A program made the position numbers and the translations under genes. A DNA stretch of 64,000 nucleotides from positions 1,024,001-1,088,000 of the forward strand of contig OZ244651.1 of assembly GCA_965218695.1 (NCBI GenBank), given 5' to 3'. This DNA is from Nitrosopumilus sp. GTDB taxonomy: Archaea; Thermoproteota; Nitrososphaeria; Nitrososphaerales; Nitrosopumilaceae. Of this stretch, positions 59,927 through 64,000 are shown in pieces (the first letter of the stretch is position 1; each line of letters begins with the position of its first letter). The notes under the pieces were generated by a model that worked only from the letters and a program-made list of their open reading frames with translations, was not told the origin of the DNA and ran no database searches.

Positions 59927-61294
59927 ATGATAGGGCGTCTGCTGCTACCTGCATTTGTGGCAATCCTTATTGTAGTTGGCGCTACTACCCCTGTGTGGGC
60001 CGCACAGCTAGAGGTTTTAGTCAATCCTGAGACAGAATCATCACCATTTCACATAAGATACCAAAAGACTGTCTTTATGGAATACCCAGAAGACGGGCAG
60101 ATACACGACCAGCTTAGCGGACAAGAGTGGGTAGTTGCGGGCACTGTGGACTCTTCAAGTTCAGGTGTCCAGGACCTTATGGGCCAGCTCAACCAGAACA
60201 TATTTGCAGCAGGAAGCCAAGCATCGGTCTCTGATCTAGAGGTAACCTATAACATTCATCTCCAGCCGTTTGGCGACCATACGTCGATTGACTATACTGT
60301 GATTCTGGAAGGAACGATGTCCAACTATATCATCACACAGGATTCCCAGCGAACCCTGATTGATCTGGGGTGGAGGGGACTCAGTGCGCATGACCCGGTT
60401 GTTATTGATGGCGTAGAGATCAACCTGCCGATCAGCATACTGGAGTCGCATGCGCCCGAGACGTACGGGCTTCTTGCAGGAACCGCAGTAAATGACGTAC
60501 TTACAATACCACTTATGAATGCCGATTTCATACTGGAACAGCCCATGACCAACTGGCACTTCCTGTTTGATCCCACGGGAATCAACGTCGACGCCGGAAC
60601 GTTTGGCCTGAGTGATGAGATCGCAGGTAACGTAGTCAGCGCATGGACCATGGGCGAGAGCAGCATTCGTGAAGGAATCCAGGTCGAGCGCGAATTTGAG
60701 GTAACCATCACACTTGACAGGGAATACACAATCAGGAGTCTGCAGTCTGCAGACAACGCAGTCGTTCGGGTGCTGGGCTTTGGCACGCTGGACACGCTTG
60801 ACGGTATAGAGATTGCAGGCGTTACCCCCACGGCTCCAGAGGGCTTTGGCACTACATCTACTGGCGACTTTCCAATATTCATCATATATGGCATGGCAGG
60901 ACTTGCAGCCGTAGCCGGAATCGGATTCTTCTTTATAAGCAACAGATCCCTCAAGAACCAGCAGACAGAGCAGCAGGGAATTGATCCAAGCAGGCTGGTG
61001 GGATATCAGACCAGCGCATCGTCTGGCGGTTATCAGACCAACAGGGGCGAGGCACAGCTAAGGGACGACACCGACTATCATCAGACCAGAAACGTCTATG
61101 ACGGATCCTCACAGGACACTGCTCCCCGGCCATCTGCGGCAACACCTACGGTATCTGATGCGGCATGCGGCTGCTCTGCTTCTGCAGAGATGGGCTCCGA
61201 GTGCGACTGCGAGATGCAGGCCTCGTGCCTGTGCGATGCCACATGCGACTGTAGCGCAAGCCTCTGCCGGGAGAACGCCGCCATGATGAGATAG
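59927..61294 (+). CDS. Signal-peptide, single-pass membrane protein with Cys-rich C-terminal tail (copy 1)
   Basis: Signal peptide ending VWA-AQL, acidic ectodomain, TM FIIYGMAGLAAVAGIGFFFI, 9-Cys tail. Confidence 0.88.
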   Translation: MIGRLLLPAFVAILIVVGATTPVWAAQLEVLVNPETESSPFHIRYQKTVFMEYPEDGQIHDQLSGQEWVVAGTVDSSSSGVQDLMGQLNQNIFAAGSQASVSDLEVTYNIHLQPFGDHTSIDYTVILEGTMSNYIITQDSQRTLIDLGWRGLSAHDPVVIDGVEINLPISILESHAPETYGLLAGTAVNDVLTIPLMNADFILEQPMTNWHFLFDPTGINVDAGTFGLSDEIAGNVVSAWTMGESSIREGIQVEREFEVTITLDREYTIRSLQSADNAVVRVLGFGTLDTLDGIEIAGVTPTAPEGFGTTSTGDFPIFIIYGMAGLAAVAGIGFFFISNRSLKNQQTEQQGIDPSRLVGYQTSASSGGYQTNRGEAQLRDDTDYHQTRNVYDGSSQDTAPRPSAATPTVSDAACGCSASAEMGSECDCEMQASCLCDATCDCSASLCRENAAMMR

Positions 61295-61433
61295 CAGACG
61301 TGCCAATCCAGGCGATGCTGGAGCAACCATCATTATTGCGTTTTGGCGATATTTTGTCTTGCGATCTACGGCATACACGTATTATCCGTTTATTTTAGCT
61401 TAGGTTTATTAGCGGAATTTGTCCACATTTATC

Positions 61434-62789
61434 GTGTCGGGTCGATTGGTATTGTCTGCATTTGTCGCAGTTTTAATCATGGTTGGTGCATCCACTCCTG
61501 CGTGGGCAGCCCAATTAGACGTTCTGATTAACCCTGATGCCGAGTCGTCGCCGTTCCACATACGATACCAAAAAACCGTCTTTATAGAATACCCTGCAGA
61601 CGGGCAGATACACGACCAGCTTAGCGGACAAGAGTGGCAGGTTGAAGGAACTGCAGACTCCTCAAACCCTGGTGCCCGGGATCTTATACGCCAGCTCAAC
61701 CAGAACATACTTGATTCGGGAAGTCAGGCATCAATATCAGATCTTAGCGTATCCTATGATATACATCTCCGGCCGTTTGGCGACTACACGTCAATTGACT
61801 ATACAGTGGTTCTGGAAGGGGAGATATCCAACTATCTCATCACGAGGGATTCCCAGCGGGCCCTCATTGATCTGGGTTGGAGAGGGTTTAGTGCATATGA
61901 AGACGTAGTCATTGACGGTGCAGAGATCAACCTGCCGATCAGCATACTGGAGTCGCACGCGCCCGAGACGTACGGGCTTCTTGCAGGAACCGCCGCAGAC
62001 GACGTCCTTACAAGGCCACTCATCAATGCCGATTTCATACTGGAACAGCCCATGACCAACTGGCACTTCCTGTTCGATCCCACGGGAATAGGCGTTGATG
62101 CAGAGACATTTGGCCTGAGTGAGGAAATCTCCGGGTTTGTCCTTAGCAAATGGACCATGGGCGAGAGCAGCCTTCGTGAGGGAATCCAGATTGAGCGTGA
62201 ATTTGAGGCCGTTGTAACACTTGACCGTGAATACACCATTAGGAGCCTGCAGTCTGCAGACAACGCTGCTATTCAGGTAGTGGGATTTGGCACGTTGGGC
62301 GTACTTGACGGCGTAGAGATTGTGGGAGTTACTCCCGATGCTCCCAGCCCTGACACCAACGACTTTCCAGTATTCATCATATACGGCATGGCAGGAATTG
62401 CAGCCGTCGCCGGAATCGGATTCTTCTTTGTAAGCAACAGATCCCTCAAGAACCAGAAGACAGAGCAGCAGGGAATTGATCCAAGCAGGCTGGTGGGATA
62501 TCAGACCAGCGCATCGTCTGGCGGTTATCAGACCAACAGGGGCGAGGCGCAGCTAAGGGACGACGCCGACTATCATCAGACCAGAAGCGTCTATGGCGGA
62601 TCCTCACAGGACACTACCACCAGGCCATCTGCGGCAACACCTACGGTATCTGATGCGGCATGCGGCTGCTCTGCTTCTGCAGAGATGGGCTCCGAGTGCG
62701 ACTGCAATATGCAGGGCTCGTGCCTGTGCGATGCCACATGCGACTGCGGCGCAAGCCTCTGCCGGGAGCACGCCGACATGATGAGATAG
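61434..62789 (+). CDS. Signal-peptide, single-pass membrane protein with Cys-rich C-terminal tail (copy 2)
   Basis: Tandem paralog of copy 1. GTG 61434 chosen because TAGGTTTATTA lies at the same spacing before both starts. Confidence 0.88.
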   Translation: MSGRLVLSAFVAVLIMVGASTPAWAAQLDVLINPDAESSPFHIRYQKTVFIEYPADGQIHDQLSGQEWQVEGTADSSNPGARDLIRQLNQNILDSGSQASISDLSVSYDIHLRPFGDYTSIDYTVVLEGEISNYLITRDSQRALIDLGWRGFSAYEDVVIDGAEINLPISILESHAPETYGLLAGTAADDVLTRPLINADFILEQPMTNWHFLFDPTGIGVDAETFGLSEEISGFVLSKWTMGESSLREGIQIEREFEAVVTLDREYTIRSLQSADNAAIQVVGFGTLGVLDGVEIVGVTPDAPSPDTNDFPVFIIYGMAGIAAVAGIGFFFVSNRSLKNQKTEQQGIDPSRLVGYQTSASSGGYQTNRGEAQLRDDADYHQTRSVYGGSSQDTTTRPSAATPTVSDAACGCSASAEMGSECDCNMQGSCLCDATCDCGASLCREHADMMR

Positions 62790-63222
62790 TTGTGTGTGCT
62801 GGGAGTAACCCTCCTTCTGTTTTCACGATATTTCGCTTTGCGGCCTACCTGAACCTGCTACAGGCATCTATGGTTCTGTTTGGCCTTGCTCCATGCGGGT
62901 CGGCTTGTTTCATTCCGTTTATGGAAACCTCAGGTTCTACCATCACCGTGCGCCATATTGGATCTTTTCTGCTCCGTTGCCAGCCATCTCTGACTATCCA
63001 TCTCCGGATCACATCTCCTGTACGGAGGGAGGAGTTTCCTCTGCCGTGGCAGCGTGTCGTGCTCCAGCTCACGCCATGTCCTGGCACCCATTGAATTTGA
63101 GTATTTCGATGGGCCTTGGCGTTGTCCACATTTTGAGAATCCCTCTCTATTTCATGATGTTTCGAGTTCGTGTCGGCATCTTGAATCATAATTCTAAGGG
63201 GGTTTTTGGTACTGCCGGATTT

Positions 63223-64000
63223 GTAATAGTTTCGCTTTTTGAAGTGGGCTGCTTGGCAGCGGAGCGGGTGCAGCCTTCCCCTTACCGTGGACTCTTTTTC
63301 CCCGTGACGCACTGCACGTGCCGTCGGACGGCGCCTCATCCGTCCCCGGAAGACGAGCGGACCAGGTGATCAAAGAAGCTGTCCTTGTTGATCCTGTCAG
63401 TTGCCAGCAGCGTGAACAGGATCGAGTTGGCATCCATGCCCTTCCTGGAGCGGTTCCCGCCCCCGTCGCTCCTTACGGCCACGAACCTCCGGTTGGCCCT
63501 CTCGACTGCGTTGTTGTCAGGCTCGATGCCGTCCACGTGCAGGCAGGTGGTCATGAAATATCCCTCCCGCGGGTACCTCTTCTTGTGCCGGGCGATGGTG
63601 CCGTCCCCGTCGCCTGCAAACGGTTCGTTCATCAGCTCGCGCAGCTCCGCGTCTATGCAGCGGGCAGCGACGATCCTTGGGTGCCGGTCCTTGATCCTGG
63701 AGGCGCGGTAAATCTTCATGTGGATTGCCGACAGCCTGTCCAGAAACGCCGGAACGTCACCCCCGGGGTTGGTCAGGACGTCCTTTTGCACCAGGCGTTC
63801 CTGGTGCCACACGCACATCTGGCGGCACGATCCCACGTGGAGCCACCCGGGATACGAGTCCTGCGTTATGGTTCCCCGGTAGCCCGGGAGCGTCTGGCGG
63901 AGCGTCTTGATGTCCCGCGAGTCGGCCACCTCCACGAGGCAGTGATTTTTTGCCAGAGCCACTATCCCGTAGCCGCGCTTGCCGCCCAGCGGCCAGTGAA
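63223..64000 (-). mobile_element. IS66-family element (3' end; rest outside the window)
   Basis: Terminus GTAA at 63223, exactly where similarity to the 33709-33811 repeat stops. Confidence 0.75.
63336..64000 (-). CDS. IS66 transposase, C-terminal part
   Basis: TQDSY, QMCVWHQER, PDNNAVERANR, GGNRS motifs. Confidence 0.9.
   Translation of the reverse strand, partial: HWPLGGKRGYGIVALAKNHCLVEVADSRDIKTLRQTLPGYRGTITQDSYPGWLHVGSCRQMCVWHQERLVQKDVLTNPGGDVPAFLDRLSAIHMKIYRASRIKDRHPRIVAARCIDAELRELMNEPFAGDGDGTIARHKKRYPREGYFMTTCLHVDGIEPDNNAVERANRRFVAVRSDGGGNRSRKGMDANSILFTLLATDRINKDSFFDHLVRSSSGDG

Noticed and set aside
62845-63339. 164-aa minus-strand ORF
   Set aside because: Chimeric: starts inside the IS66 end and runs into the dispersed repeat; no family signal.

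Overview
This window is from an ammonia-oxidising archaeon of the Nitrosopumilaceae (Thaumarchaeota). Evidence: class I lysS, ELP3, TFB, Sec61beta, aIF1, EndA, the archaeal aroA'/aroB' shikimate operon, futalosine (mqn) genes, F420 cofC/cofD and tRNA-Arg(GCG). GC looks fairly high for the family and mobile DNA is abundant, which suggests a host-associated (e.g. sponge) lineage; this is inference only. About one sixth of the window is insertion sequence: two IS630, one IS5, three single-ORF IS66, two ISH3/IS4-like elements, an IS6-like relic and a 93-bp IS66-type MITE. I mapped inverted repeats and target duplications by eye for most of them. Highlights: (1) a stack of MITE + ISH3 + IS66-inside-the-ISH3-terminus on the tfb promoter; (2) two paralogous HMGA-like multi-AT-hook repeat proteins with a recurring LPKGF motif, flanking a small Zn-finger gene; (3) a two-domain SDR with motifs recalling Chloroflexus-type malonyl-CoA reductase; (4) an HNH defence nuclease destroyed by two IS and frameshifts; (5) a SAMP/MoaD apparently cut loose from a decayed E1 (ThiF) partner; (6) tandem surface proteins with metallothionein-like tails; (7) microsatellites including an aroA stop codon expanded to (TAG)30; (8) strong CATG enrichment in intergenic DNA. 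All family calls come from motif recognition; no database searches were run.
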